A stretch of DNA of 64,000 nt. Source: an uncultured virus (IMG/VR IMGVR_UViG_3300000917_000001) (Duplodnaviria > Heunggongvirae > Uroviricota > Caudoviricetes). The translations under genes were made by a program, and so were the position numbers. The stretch lies in IMG/VR virus record IMGVR_UViG_3300000917_000001. One strand, 5' to 3'. The notes beneath the pieces were generated by a model. That model was not told the DNA's origin, made no database searches, and saw only the letters and a program-made list of their open reading frames with translations. Of this stretch, positions 8,921 through 17,421 are shown one piece after another; position 1 is the stretch's first letter; each line of letters begins with the position of its first letter.

Positions 8921-9125
8921 TTTCTTTTTCTGATAATAACTTTGAATAGTTATCAGCTAGTTGTTGATTCCAAAGAAAATTATTAAATTCAGATACTCTT
9001 GAAGAATTTTCAGTTAATGGCTCTTGAAAATATTCTTGAATAATATTACAATGAACAGGTTTACAATGTGAATATTTAGATCTACATAAAGGAAGGGTTA
9101 AACAATCAATACATGGTAGGCTCAT
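8901..9125 (-). CDS. Cys-rich mini-protein family member (LPCIDCLTLPLC)
   Basis: Family motif, short type. Confidence 0.75.
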   Translation of the reverse strand: MSLPCIDCLTLPLCRSKYSHCKPVHCNIIQEYFQEPLTENSSRVSEFNNFLWNQQLADNYSKLLSEKENVSNPM

Positions 9126-9262
9126 CCACCATACTCTAAGAATCCATCTACCCAGTCATCATACTGTTCTGAACCAGATGGGTATGGGCAATCTATAATT
9201 TTTTTTCCATCTTCAGCAGCGTCAGCACCTTCTTCATATTCATCCGAACTATCATCGTACAT
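9122..9262 (-). CDS. Ribosome-modulation-factor (Rmf)-like peptide, acidic, 46 aa
   Basis: Translated by hand: MYDDSSDEYEEGADAAEDGKKIIDCPYPSGSEQYDDWVDGFLEYGG; has the GxxA..G....CPY......WxxG(W/F) pattern. Confidence 0.6.
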   Translation of the reverse strand: MYDDSSDEYEEGADAAEDGKKIIDCPYPSGSEQYDDWVDGFLEYGG

Positions 9263-9266
9263 TTTA

Positions 9267-9464
9267 TCATACCTCCATTAATGGGTTTTTTCTTATTATT
9301 TCAGTTCTATCGTTACAACTACTTCTACAAATTGGTTTAACTAAACAAGTTAAACACGGACAAAGTTCTTTTTGTTCAATAATATTAAATGCGCATGATG
9401 TTTCTGCTCCTAATCTTTCCATAAAGCAATTAATACAATCGATCTTCTTTTCTGAAGGATTCAT
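9267..9464 (-). CDS. Cys-rich mini-protein family member (CPCLTCLVKPICRSSC)
   Basis: Family motif. Confidence 0.8.
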   Translation of the reverse strand: MNPSEKKIDCINCFMERLGAETSCAFNIIEQKELCPCLTCLVKPICRSSCNDRTEIIRKNPLMEV

Positions 9465-9615
9465 AACCTTTCTTTAAATACCTTCTGTATGAATCGGCTA
9501 TAGCAGATTCACTATACCCTAAACGTTCAGCAATAGTAGCATAAGTAATCTTTTCAATTTCTACCAACTTTACAATTCGTTTAATTACCTCTTGTGTTAT
9601 TATGTGGTTAACCAT
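9430..9615 (-). CDS. Helix-turn-helix DNA-binding protein
   Basis: TYATIAERLGYSESAI HTH pattern; start at MVNH after AAGGAG. Confidence 0.7.
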   Translation of the reverse strand: MVNHIITQEVIKRIVKLVEIEKITYATIAERLGYSESAIADSYRRYLKKGYESFRKEDRLY

Positions 9616-9616
9616 T

Positions 9617-9889
9617 TCATCTCCTTTTCCAAGTTTCACCTTTTCTATAAGCCAACTTAATCATTAGAACTGATTTATTATTCCAGCTATCAACTACAAC
9701 ATTAAGAGTTGGATCTTTTAATATTTCTCTTGCTTTAAACCATGCTTGTATATGTTCTTCATCATTAAAAATTGATTCAAGCCATTCTTTTAATATTGGA
9801 CATTGAATAATTCCAGCTTCTTTCTTTATTCTTGATCTACACATTACTAATATCATACATTGTTCACAAGGAATCTGATCCGACCGCAT
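9617..9889 (-). CDS. Cys-rich mini-protein family member (IPCEQCMILVMC)
   Basis: Family motif. Confidence 0.75.
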   Translation of the reverse strand: MRSDQIPCEQCMILVMCRSRIKKEAGIIQCPILKEWLESIFNDEEHIQAWFKAREILKDPTLNVVVDSWNNKSVLMIKLAYRKGETWKRR

Positions 9890-10076
9890 TCATAAAGTCC
9901 TCAAAAGTATAAGTATGAAGTTCATGTTTTAATCTAGCTTGTTTTAAAGCTTCAAATAAAACAATATACTCTTGTTGATATTTCATTAGGATTTGATATA
10001 CAGCTTGTTGTCTTACTTCTTCTTCAACATAAGGGTCTAAAACTATTTCTCCACCACTCCAGAATAATAGTCCCAT
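9864..10076 (-). CDS. Hypothetical protein, paralog of 4999-5184
   Basis: AGGAGG SD; first gene of a minus-strand unit, like its paralog. Confidence 0.7.
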   Translation of the reverse strand: MGLLFWSGGEIVLDPYVEEEVRQQAVYQILMKYQQEYIVLFEALKQARLKHELHTYTFEDFMNAVGSDSL

Positions 10077-10158
10077 TCATTTCCTCCTAGTTTTATTGTT
10101 TGTTCTAAACTCTTTAGTTTAGTTTTGAAATTCTATATATATTAATTTCTAATCGAGA

Positions 10159-10453
10159 AAATATTTTCTCGGTTGGAAGCATACGTTATAGATAGTCTCC
10201 TTTCTCAACTGGTAAGGCCACCGTGATGGGGCAGACTCAAGGGAAAGAAAGGATCAAAGATTATTATATAACACGTTGATGATCTAGCGGTTTGGAAAAA
10301 CTGAAACGAACCTCCGTTCTTGCGCCACGAATAAAAAATCCAGTCACCTTGCCTGAATGAAGCTTAGGATAGATGATTGGGTGCCTTTTGGCGTAGCGAG
10401 TTTTTCCAGTAAGATCCTTTAGCTCAATGCTGCTTCCAACCGAGAGAATATTT
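10159..10453 (+). ncRNA. Large multi-stem structured RNA or 5' leader, about 295 nt
   Basis: 23-bp closing stem (one G-U) with at least 5 nested stems; directly after promoter motif 10133-10146 and directly before an SD. Confidence 0.65.
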
Positions 10454-10466
10454 AAAGGAGGTTTGT

Positions 10467-10631
10467 ATGGATACATGCCTTTTCTGCGATGAGTTGGAAT
10501 GCAAGTGTAAATCCTGCAAAAACCATTTCCTTTTTGAAGGAGAATGTGTCTGTAAGTTCTTCGAAGACAGATCATTCTGCTTCATTTATCAAGCAAGGAT
10601 CATTCTATTACCTTTGGAGGTGCACACATGA
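10467..10631 (+). CDS. Small Cys-rich protein (54 aa, MDTCLFCDELECKCKSC...)
   Basis: Translated by hand; AAAGGAGG SD. Confidence 0.7.
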   Translation: MDTCLFCDELECKCKSCKNHFLFEGECVCKFFEDRSFCFIYQARIILLPLEVHT

Positions 10632-10729
10632 TTACAGTTATAAAAGATATTTCTATTGGCCTCTCTATGTGCTTTGGGGCTACATCTCTTCTCTTGATAC
10701 TATTTATAATCGGTGTGTCAAGATTGTGA
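10628..10729 (+). CDS. 33 aa hydrophobic peptide
   Basis: ATGA coupling with the previous gene, GGAGGTG SD, followed by a terminator. Confidence 0.55.
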   Translation: MITVIKDISIGLSMCFGATSLLLILFIIGVSRL

Positions 10730-10732
10730 GAG

Positions 10733-10770
10733 AAAAATAAGCTGGTCAGAGAACCAACCAGCTTATTTTT
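10733..10770. terminator. Bidirectional terminator
   Basis: AAAAATAAGCTGGT..ACCAGCTTATTTTT inverted repeat. Confidence 0.8.
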
Positions 10771-10972
10771 ATACATACGTTTTCCAACATCCAAGATCTT
10801 CATCAATAAACCATCCTAAATCTTCTAATAATTTTTTTGCACCTTCAGTTATCTTTTCATTATAAATAGATGGTCCAAATATTTCATCATGTTCAGTGGA
10901 TGGAAATGAATCACCTAATCCACAATCTTCAAAAATTTGAAATGCTAGTTTGAGTTTGCTTATTGTCGACAT
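10769..10972 (-). CDS. Hypothetical phage protein
   Basis: EHDEI..L.DLGW motif, GAGGT SD. Confidence 0.65.
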   Translation of the reverse strand: MSTISKLKLAFQIFEDCGLGDSFPSTEHDEIFGPSIYNEKITEGAKKLLEDLGWFIDEDLGCWKTYV

Positions 10973-10982
10973 TTGACATACC

Positions 10983-11165
10983 TCATGAAAAAGTTTTAAG
11001 TTCTATTCGATCCTCTAATTCCAGAACATTATGGAAAAGACAACAATCTCGTATCTTTCCATAGTTTATATAACGAAATATTCTTCCTGTTGGTGTTCTA
11101 ATTTTACAAATTATAACTTCTGATATACATATAAGCAACGTTATACAATCTTCACAAAGAATCAT
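10983..11165 (-). CDS. Cys-rich mini-protein family member (LCEDCITLLIC)
   Basis: Family motif. Confidence 0.7.
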   Translation of the reverse strand: MILCEDCITLLICISEVIICKIRTPTGRIFRYINYGKIRDCCLFHNVLELEDRIELKTFS

Positions 11166-11368
11166 GACATTAATCCTTGCTTTTTTAGAAAGAATTCTTT
11201 TATCTCAATATATATAAAGTCATTCCCCCAATGAATAGAAAAATACTCACATTTTATTTTATCCCATGACATATAGAAACCATAAGGAAATAACCCCATA
11301 TCATCTTTCCTAAATTTTATTTTGTTTATACAAATAGGTAGTTTTAAACACGAAATACATTCAATCAT
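11162..11368 (-). CDS. Cys-rich mini-protein family member (ECISCLKLPIC)
   Basis: Family motif. Confidence 0.7.
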   Translation of the reverse strand: MIECISCLKLPICINKIKFRKDDMGLFPYGFYMSWDKIKCEYFSIHWGNDFIYIEIKEFFLKKQGLMS

Positions 11369-11577
11369 GTTAACTCTGAATAAGCGTGAAGGAGTCTTTC
11401 AATAAGATCTTTTAAAGTTAGTTTATCTAAACCAATCCATGTAACTGGTTCTTTTCCAAAATCAACTATTAATACATTCTTTTCTTTATCAATAATCATT
11501 CTCATAAATAGTTCACCTTCATCATCTTCGCATATCTTCCCATTTGGAAAGTTTCCTGTTGCCCCAGCTTGTTCCAT
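11365..11577 (-). CDS. Hypothetical phage protein
   Basis: AAGGAG SD, coupled ORF. Confidence 0.7.
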   Translation of the reverse strand: MEQAGATGNFPNGKICEDDEGELFMRMIIDKEKNVLIVDFGKEPVTWIGLDKLTLKDLIERLLHAYSELT

Positions 11578-11578
11578 A

Positions 11579-11794
11579 TTATCTCCTTTCTAGATAACCA
11601 GCTTCAACTAGAAATAAAAGTTTTGCTTCAGTCCATACTGTTGTACCTTTACTTTTTAAAGACAAAAGTTCACATTTGTCAACAATAGGAGGAGTACAAA
11701 CGAAATATCCGAATGTTGATGCTCTATCTTTATAGATTATACTATTTGAAATACAAGAAGCTAAACTTATACAAACTTTACATGGAACTGCCAT
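11579..11794 (-). CDS. Cys-rich mini-protein family member (VPCKVCISLASC)
   Basis: Family motif. Confidence 0.7.
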   Translation of the reverse strand: MAVPCKVCISLASCISNSIIYKDRASTFGYFVCTPPIVDKCELLSLKSKGTTVWTEAKLLFLVEAGYLERR

Positions 11795-11801
11795 AAGTTG
11801 T

Positions 11802-12038
11802 TTATCTCCGCTTTTTTGAAGGATCTTCTTTAACTAAAAAATTTTCTGTTGGTCTTCCTGTTATCATGTGCATCGCAAACGCTTTATCAAAATCAGAAGC
11901 CTCATCAAATCCACATCCTTTTACCCAATGGTCCTCTTCCCATGCCGCATAGCATTTAGTTGGAGGTTGACCTCGCTTGGAATTACAACAAACTGAATTG
12001 GTATCTCTTCTACATCCTTGACAAACAAAGACTGTCAT
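11802..12038 (-). CDS. Cys-rich hypothetical protein
   Basis: AAGGAG SD, coupled ORF. Confidence 0.65.
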   Translation of the reverse strand: MTVFVCQGCRRDTNSVCCNSKRGQPPTKCYAAWEEDHWVKGCGFDEASDFDKAFAMHMITGRPTENFLVKEDPSKKRR

Positions 12039-12334
12039 TTATTTCTCCTTGGTTGAAATCCTACGTTCATATATAAAATCTTTTTCCTTTCAACTTTTGA
12101 AAGCATGTTTATCATTGAAGTTTCTTCATAACGCTTTAAAATTAACTTTGCATATTCTTTAGCATACTTTTCTACATATCCCCATTTTTTTATATATGCT
12201 ATTGAGTCTTTAATGAGAATACATTGATTTACTTTACACATAGCTTGAACTAAGCATTCTTTACATCTGTTATATATACAGTATGACTCATCACATGTAG
12301 TTCTTACTTCACATTTTTTACATTTATTAGGCAT
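12035..12334 (-). CDS. Cys-rich mini-protein family member with tandem motifs (CKKCEVRTTC, CKECLVQAMC)
   Basis: Two CxxC-x5-C units. Confidence 0.7.
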   Translation of the reverse strand: MPNKCKKCEVRTTCDESYCIYNRCKECLVQAMCKVNQCILIKDSIAYIKKWGYVEKYAKEYAKLILKRYEETSMINMLSKVERKKILYMNVGFQPRRNK

Positions 12335-12561
12335 ACATTATCCTTATGTTTTTCTTTAACTGCTGATAATGGAACTTCAAAAAAAGGATTTTCATTTGGA
12401 ATAAAACTTACAGCTATACCTTCTGAACTTATACATCCATATGTATACCCATAAAATTTAAATACAATAGTTCCTTTAGGAATTGCTTTTTCTAACCAAA
12501 AGCATTCATCAATAGTTAAATCTCTTGTCACTTCGTAAACTATACATTCTTGATATTCCAT
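12304..12561 (-). CDS. Hypothetical protein
   Basis: ORF packed within the array. Confidence 0.65.
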   Translation of the reverse strand: MEYQECIVYEVTRDLTIDECFWLEKAIPKGTIVFKFYGYTYGCISSEGIAVSFIPNENPFFEVPLSAVKEKHKDNVCLINVKNVK

Positions 12562-12564
12562 GAT

Positions 12565-12981
12565 TTACTCCGGATTAAAAGGTAAAGGCGATTCATTTCT
12601 TTTAACATCTTTTTGAACATCAGTTTTAAAAATACTAATAGACTTCATATCAATAGATCCTTTTATAATAGTTGCTATATCTGAATTAAATCTACTATAT
12701 TGGAGAATGACTGAATATTTAAGTCTAATTTCACCTTGTTGTGGCATATCGTTTTCTGCTAATATTCCACAAAATATAAATGCTACTCCATCTTCTGACA
12801 TCATTATTTCTCTAACTTGGTCTATGGTAGTTTCTGTTTTAATAAAAAATATGGGGGTAATCTCAGTACACTCTTCGTTTCTTATGAAGTAGATACTTGG
12901 TACAATTACCCCCGTATTTCTAAACTTTCTTTTGACAAACTCATATATATCAAAAAGGAATTCCTCATGTTTTTGATTCAT
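12565..12981 (-). CDS. Hypothetical protein
   Basis: AAGGAG SD, 138 aa. Confidence 0.7.
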   Translation of the reverse strand: MNQKHEEFLFDIYEFVKRKFRNTGVIVPSIYFIRNEECTEITPIFFIKTETTIDQVREIMMSEDGVAFIFCGILAENDMPQQGEIRLKYSVILQYSRFNSDIATIIKGSIDMKSISIFKTDVQKDVKRNESPLPFNPE

Positions 12982-13131
12982 GTTATCTCCTTGATAGGTT
13001 CTTCTGGAAGAATTAAAGACTGTTCTAGTTCTTCATCAGTAAACATAATATCTTTTTGTTCATCTATTTGTCTTAGAATATCAAGTTCATCTGGCGTTAA
13101 ATATTGGGGATATTTCTTTTTTCTATATTCT

Positions 13132-13599
13132 TCAAGACTTGCTACTTTCATTTTCTGGTTCCTTAAAATATTCGATATCGCATGTATCTAGGAAATCAGA
13201 AAACCATCCTGTTATCTTCTTATCTTCATTTGGCCTTATAAACCAGTCTTTTCTATTACGATATTTTGAATCCCATTCCTGAAATCTTTTATAACATGGT
13301 GAGTCAAGTTTGGTAATGTCAAGATATTTTTTATAATAAACTGATTGTTTATTTTGTCCTGTTTTATTATGTATTCTAGTTATTATATTGAATACATCAG
13401 AAGTTCTTGAAGAAGCATCAACAACTATAATGAATTTAAAAAAGTTTTCTTCTGATTCTATAGCATAGTCAAGTAGCGATTTAACATCTTCGCAAGTTAC
13501 TTTTTTAGAATAAACTAATTCAGTAAGATCTACACATCTTTTTTTCATTTCATCCAATTCAGGATATATCGGTTGGTCCACTTTCTTTTCTCCCTTCAA
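13132..13599 (-). CDS. Hypothetical protein
   Basis: ORF packed within the array; start uncertain. Confidence 0.65.
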   Translation of the reverse strand: MKGEKKVDQPIYPELDEMKKRCVDLTELVYSKKVTCEDVKSLLDYAIESEENFFKFIIVVDASSRTSDVFNIITRIHNKTGQNKQSVYYKKYLDITKLDSPCYKRFQEWDSKYRNRKDWFIRPNEDKKITGWFSDFLDTCDIEYFKEPENESSKS

Positions 13600-14119
13600 T
13601 TGTTGGTTTGACTTTCATTCCTTTTTCTTCAAAATAACCACAAACAGTTTTAATTAAATCTTTCATATGTTGTTTCGTGTGTGTGATTTTAGGAATCCAT
13701 CTTTTTCCTGCAGAAACTATTTCTAAATAGTTTCCAATTTCATACATATCACCTATGGTTTTTCCAATCTCTATAGCATCCATAAGTTTTCTACATTGTT
13801 CTTTTGTAATAACTTCTTGCATTAATAATCTTTTAATAAACTTTGTAACATATTCAAAGTTTGATTCTCCAAACCCCCATTCCCATTTCCATTCAAGAGA
13901 ACCATCTTTAATATATAGTTCCCCAAATTTTTCATTTGATCCTAAATACCAAATACAAAGATCACCTGGTATAATATTTCCTACTTCATCATGCGCATAA
14001 GCACAATCTGAGAGAAGATGTTCTACTATTTGATCTCCTGTTGCTTCTTCTTCAAAATAAGGATAGTTTTCTGTTCCAATCTTACACCCTATGAATACTT
14101 CTACTTTTTTCTTTTCCAT
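13559..14119 (-). CDS. Hypothetical protein
   Basis: Probable start at MEKKK (14119), coupled to a small membrane ORF at 14101-14235. Confidence 0.65.
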   Translation of the reverse strand: MEKKKVEVFIGCKIGTENYPYFEEEATGDQIVEHLLSDCAYAHDEVGNIIPGDLCIWYLGSNEKFGELYIKDGSLEWKWEWGFGESNFEYVTKFIKRLLMQEVITKEQCRKLMDAIEIGKTIGDMYEIGNYLEIVSAGKRWIPKITHTKQHMKDLIKTVCGYFEEKGMKVKPTIEGRKESGPTDIS

Positions 14120-14403
14120 TTTAGATCCGAATACCTTAAGAAGGCGATACCGCCAACGATTAATATGAATGTTACAATTGTTAAACCGGATGAAGAAACT
14201 AAGTCCATCCACGCTTGCGGACTCATTGTGTTCATTTTTTAACCCCCATTTTCCTTAAGAAATTCAACCAGTTACAGACAATAAATTTTCTCGTATATTT
14301 TATCCACAACCAGTGAAAACTATAAATTTTGATCTTTCAAGATATTGAAATCATTATTCTTTTTTTATCGGATTTTATTAATTGAATTAGTTTGAGGAAA
14401 GAT

Positions 14404-14622
14404 TTAATACTTTTTACGTTTTTTCTTAGGTGGTTTCTTATGTAATAAGAAATACTTAATGATTTCTATTTTTGAGCGATTACCTTCCTTTTTAAATCTT
14501 GACTTTGATTTAATATATTTTTTACAAAGGTCACAATGTCTAATTGTATAACTGACTAATAGCTGTTTAGTTCTCTCTCTGCATATAGGAATTAGTAAAC
14601 AGTTTCTACATGGACATCTCAT
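14404..14622 (-). CDS. Cys-rich mini-protein family member (CPCRNCLLIPIC)
   Basis: Family motif. Confidence 0.75.
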   Translation of the reverse strand: MRCPCRNCLLIPICRERTKQLLVSYTIRHCDLCKKYIKSKSRFKKEGNRSKIEIIKYFLLHKKPPKKKRKKY

Positions 14623-14966
14623 TAGTGTAGCTGCTCTTTTTTTATTTTATCTATTTCACTTACTAATAAATGAATAGACTCTTTAATACTTTCACATGCA
14701 GCTTTAGAATTTTCTGTGCTCGTAAAACCTATTGGTATTGTAGCATCCACAATTTCATCGAGTTGTTTTATATCAACTCCTTTCTCTTTAAGTTCATAAG
14801 CAAACTTTGTTGTTAAAAGCATATGGGTTGCCAGAACATTTGAAAATACTTCCATTACTTTTTCTGGCTGAATTCCTTTATTTAGCATTATTCTGAAAAA
14901 AGTCATAACTCTCTGAAATGATGTTTGTTTAAATTGCTTTAGCTCATCCTCTACTGTTCTTCCCAA
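14622..14966 (-). CDS. Hypothetical protein
   Basis: AAGGGG SD, TTG start. Confidence 0.65.
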   Translation of the reverse strand: MGRTVEDELKQFKQTSFQRVMTFFRIMLNKGIQPEKVMEVFSNVLATHMLLTTKFAYELKEKGVDIKQLDEIVDATIPIGFTSTENSKAACESIKESIHLLVSEIDKIKKEQLH

Positions 14967-15187
14967 GTACTGTCCCCCTTTGTTTCTAGAAGTTCCGAAA
15001 TCTTAACAAACATTTTTTCCCTTTCATCACCATCTCGTGGTAATTCTTCAAAAAAGTCAAATAGAAGTTCGCAATATAAAATATAATATGTTGTATTTCT
15101 ACCTTCGCTTCTAAATGATCCTTTGATTTTACATGAAGCCAGTAAAATACAAGTTTCACAAGGAATCTTTTTCATATTGATCCTCAA
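14951..15187 (-). CDS. Cys-rich mini-protein family member (IPCETCILLASC)
   Basis: Family motif. Confidence 0.75.
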   Translation of the reverse strand: MRINMKKIPCETCILLASCKIKGSFRSEGRNTTYYILYCELLFDFFEELPRDGDEREKMFVKISELLETKGDSTWEEQ

Positions 15188-15431
15188 AGAATTTTATAGC
15201 TTGATCTGTTGATGTTTTTCCAAAGTTAACTAAAAATGGGCCGCTAGCGAACCATGCATGAAATAACTCGCAAGTTCTTATAAGAGGTGATAAGAATGGA
15301 GGAATTTTTATTTCTCCTGGTTTTGATGGAGGCTTTGTTCTTTGAATACATATCGGTAGGATTAAACAATCAATACAAGGAATTGATTTAGTATTTATAT
15401 TTTTATCTTTTGAGAATTCTTCTTCTTTCAT
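15156..15431 (-). CDS. Cys-rich mini-protein family member (IPCIDCLILPIC)
   Basis: Family motif. Confidence 0.75.
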   Translation of the reverse strand: MKEEEFSKDKNINTKSIPCIDCLILPICIQRTKPPSKPGEIKIPPFLSPLIRTCELFHAWFASGPFLVNFGKTSTDQAIKFFEDQYEKDSL

Positions 15432-15687
15432 TCCAAATTGTCTCTCTTCGTAGGTTAAGAATAATTGTTCTGTTTTTAATTCTTATAGGGCATGAAGTAA
15501 ATGGCTCTTCAACATTGAATGCCTTTATAATTTTCAACCATCTATATCTTCCTGTTGTTGAATTAGATACTGTTACATAATCGCAAATATCTGAACATTT
15601 TTCACATATCTCAATAGAACTTAAATGATTACAAATTGGTAAGCATATACAATTTATACATGGGCATTTTCTATCCTTACGCGGCAT
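15403..15687 (-). CDS. Cys-rich mini-protein family member (CPCINCICLPIC)
   Basis: Family motif. Confidence 0.75.
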   Translation of the reverse strand: MPRKDRKCPCINCICLPICNHLSSIEICEKCSDICDYVTVSNSTTGRYRWLKIIKAFNVEEPFTSCPIRIKNRTIILNLRRETIWNERRRILKR

Positions 15688-15871
15688 TTGCTTTCCTTTG
15701 TTCGAAAAACATACTTTTAAAATAAGAAAGGATAATGATCTCTTGAATACTTTTTATATTTGGGCATGAGTCTTTTAATTGCAAGATTTTCTTCTTACCT
15801 CCAAACAGAAGTAAATTGTTCTTACAAATAGCAAATGAAATACAAGTATCACAAGGGATCTTACTCTTCAT
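15677..15871 (-). CDS. Cys-rich mini-protein family member (IPCDTCISFAIC)
   Basis: Family motif. Confidence 0.75.
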   Translation of the reverse strand: MKSKIPCDTCISFAICKNNLLLFGGKKKILQLKDSCPNIKSIQEIIILSYFKSMFFEQRKANAA

Positions 15872-15926
15872 GATTTTTTCCTCAACTAAGGAGTGAGACT
15901 AGCTATCTCCCACTCCTTAGTTCTAG

Positions 15927-16238
15927 TTATGCAGTTTCTTTTGTTCTTTTCTTTGCAATTTCAGCTTCCTGTTCTGCGATAACTTTATTAAGTCTCTCAC
16001 TATAGTCTTTTATATCAAATGTTAAAAGACCATAAAGTTCTGGAAGTGAAATTTTCTCTGTCATATTTCTTCTGCTCTGTTTGTTTCTATCCAGAAATTT
16101 TTCAACAGCGTCTCTGAAATCATTTAATGAACTTAATGTCGCTCTTATTCTAACAATTTCAGATTCATAATCTCTATAGCATCTAGCTTCACTTTCTGGT
16201 GAACCACCATATTCATCAACTAATGCTGTCATAACCAT
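15927..16238 (-). CDS. Coiled-coil hypothetical protein
   Basis: Helical heptads; downstream hairpin at 15884-15922. Confidence 0.7.
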   Translation of the reverse strand: MVMTALVDEYGGSPESEARCYRDYESEIVRIRATLSSLNDFRDAVEKFLDRNKQSRRNMTEKISLPELYGLLTFDIKDYSERLNKVIAEQEAEIAKKRTKETA

Positions 16239-16649
16239 TTACCTTTCTCCTGTTATAAACATTTTTCCCACTACAACTGTTGGAATAAAGAACATATCTT
16301 CACCAACTACTTTTATCTCTTTGAAATAAACCTTTTTAAGTAGTTTATTTTCTGACTTTGGATCCATCATATCTATCCAATATCTAGCTTGCATATTATC
16401 AAGAAACACATGAAATCCAGCAGGATATTTTCCATCTCCATGTGTAAAATGAATATAGTCATAACCCTGAGGTCGGTAACCTTTTTCATCCAACCATTCT
16501 TTTTCTTTATAGCTCTTTGTTTTAATAAATAGAGATATTAATTGATTTCCTTTTTGTCTAAACCATTTCCATCCAACATAGTAATCTTTTTCTTTTTGAA
16601 TTGAAATAAATTGTTGCCGCTCTTCAGGAACCAATTTAGATAGGCACAT
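16239..16649 (-). CDS. Hypothetical protein, GFH-motif family
   Basis: MCL start, GWKWF, YPAGFH. Confidence 0.75.
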   Translation of the reverse strand: MCLSKLVPEERQQFISIQKEKDYYVGWKWFRQKGNQLISLFIKTKSYKEKEWLDEKGYRPQGYDYIHFTHGDGKYPAGFHVFLDNMQARYWIDMMDPKSENKLLKKVYFKEIKVVGEDMFFIPTVVVGKMFITGER

Positions 16650-16706
16650 TTCATCCCCTTTCTATATATATTAACTAAGAAATCATTTATGATTTCTTTT
16701 CAGCAA

Positions 16707-17252
16707 TTAGCTATGGACTGTTACCACATCTTTGAGACTAATTGACTTATTGTTATACTTGGCTATAAATCCATCAAGAGCTTGTTGGCATTCAATCTTT
16801 TCTTTTTCTGCTCTTTGAACACATAGTTTCAATTCAGCGTTTTCTTTATCTAAATCTTCAATCTTGGTTTTTAAATCTATTAACTCTTCTTTTGATTTCT
16901 TTAATTCTTCCTTAATCTTTGTGAAAGAGTCAATGAATAAAGCTCCTAGATCTGCAGCATTTATAGTTTTATCAAATGGGATAGCAGCAGGAATAGTTTT
17001 CTTTTGCATTTTTCTTCCAGGATCTTCTTTTACTTTAGTATATTTCATTTGGAATACTTCGTTACCAAATTTTCCAGTTTCAAATAATTTTTCGACACAA
17101 CCAATTTTGATTTGCCTTCCTAGAAAATTTCTAATTGCCGTGTCAACTAATAGCGATTTATCAAATCCATAAGAAGATCTCAATTCTGGGATTGAGAACG
17201 TTTTCCCAACAGGTATCTCGGACCATAATCTATTTGTCTTTCTTTTTGGCAT
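16707..17252 (-). CDS. Putative DNA-binding protein with C-terminal coiled coil (architecture like 54296-54820)
   Basis: GKxF..L...IGCV N-domain plus coiled coil. Confidence 0.6.
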   Translation of the reverse strand: MPKRKTNRLWSEIPVGKTFSIPELRSSYGFDKSLLVDTAIRNFLGRQIKIGCVEKLFETGKFGNEVFQMKYTKVKEDPGRKMQKKTIPAAIPFDKTINAADLGALFIDSFTKIKEELKKSKEELIDLKTKIEDLDKENAELKLCVQRAEKEKIECQQALDGFIAKYNNKSISLKDVVTVHS

Positions 17253-17421
17253 ACTTTCCCCTTCCAGCTAAAATCATTGAAATTATTGGCGCAAGCCAAC
17301 CCATAAACCCAGTGAAAAACCAGAGCAGTCTATCATCTCCTTTTAAGTGTGCAATCCATCCTGCCGCAAGACCTGACATAAATATGTAAAGATTATTCCA
17401 ATTCAATATTGCTTCTAACAT
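17230..17421 (-). CDS. Small membrane protein
   Basis: Two hydrophobic helices, GGAGG SD. Confidence 0.65.
   Translation of the reverse strand: MLEAILNWNNLYIFMSGLAAGWIAHLKGDDRLLWFFTGFMGWLAPIISMILAGRGKYAKKKDK

Noticed and set aside
10264..10806. Track ORFs 10264-10575(-), 10489-10740(+) and 10600-10806(-)
   Set aside because: They lack good SD sites and overlap the structured RNA and two better-supported SD-led ORFs (10467-10631, 10628-10729).
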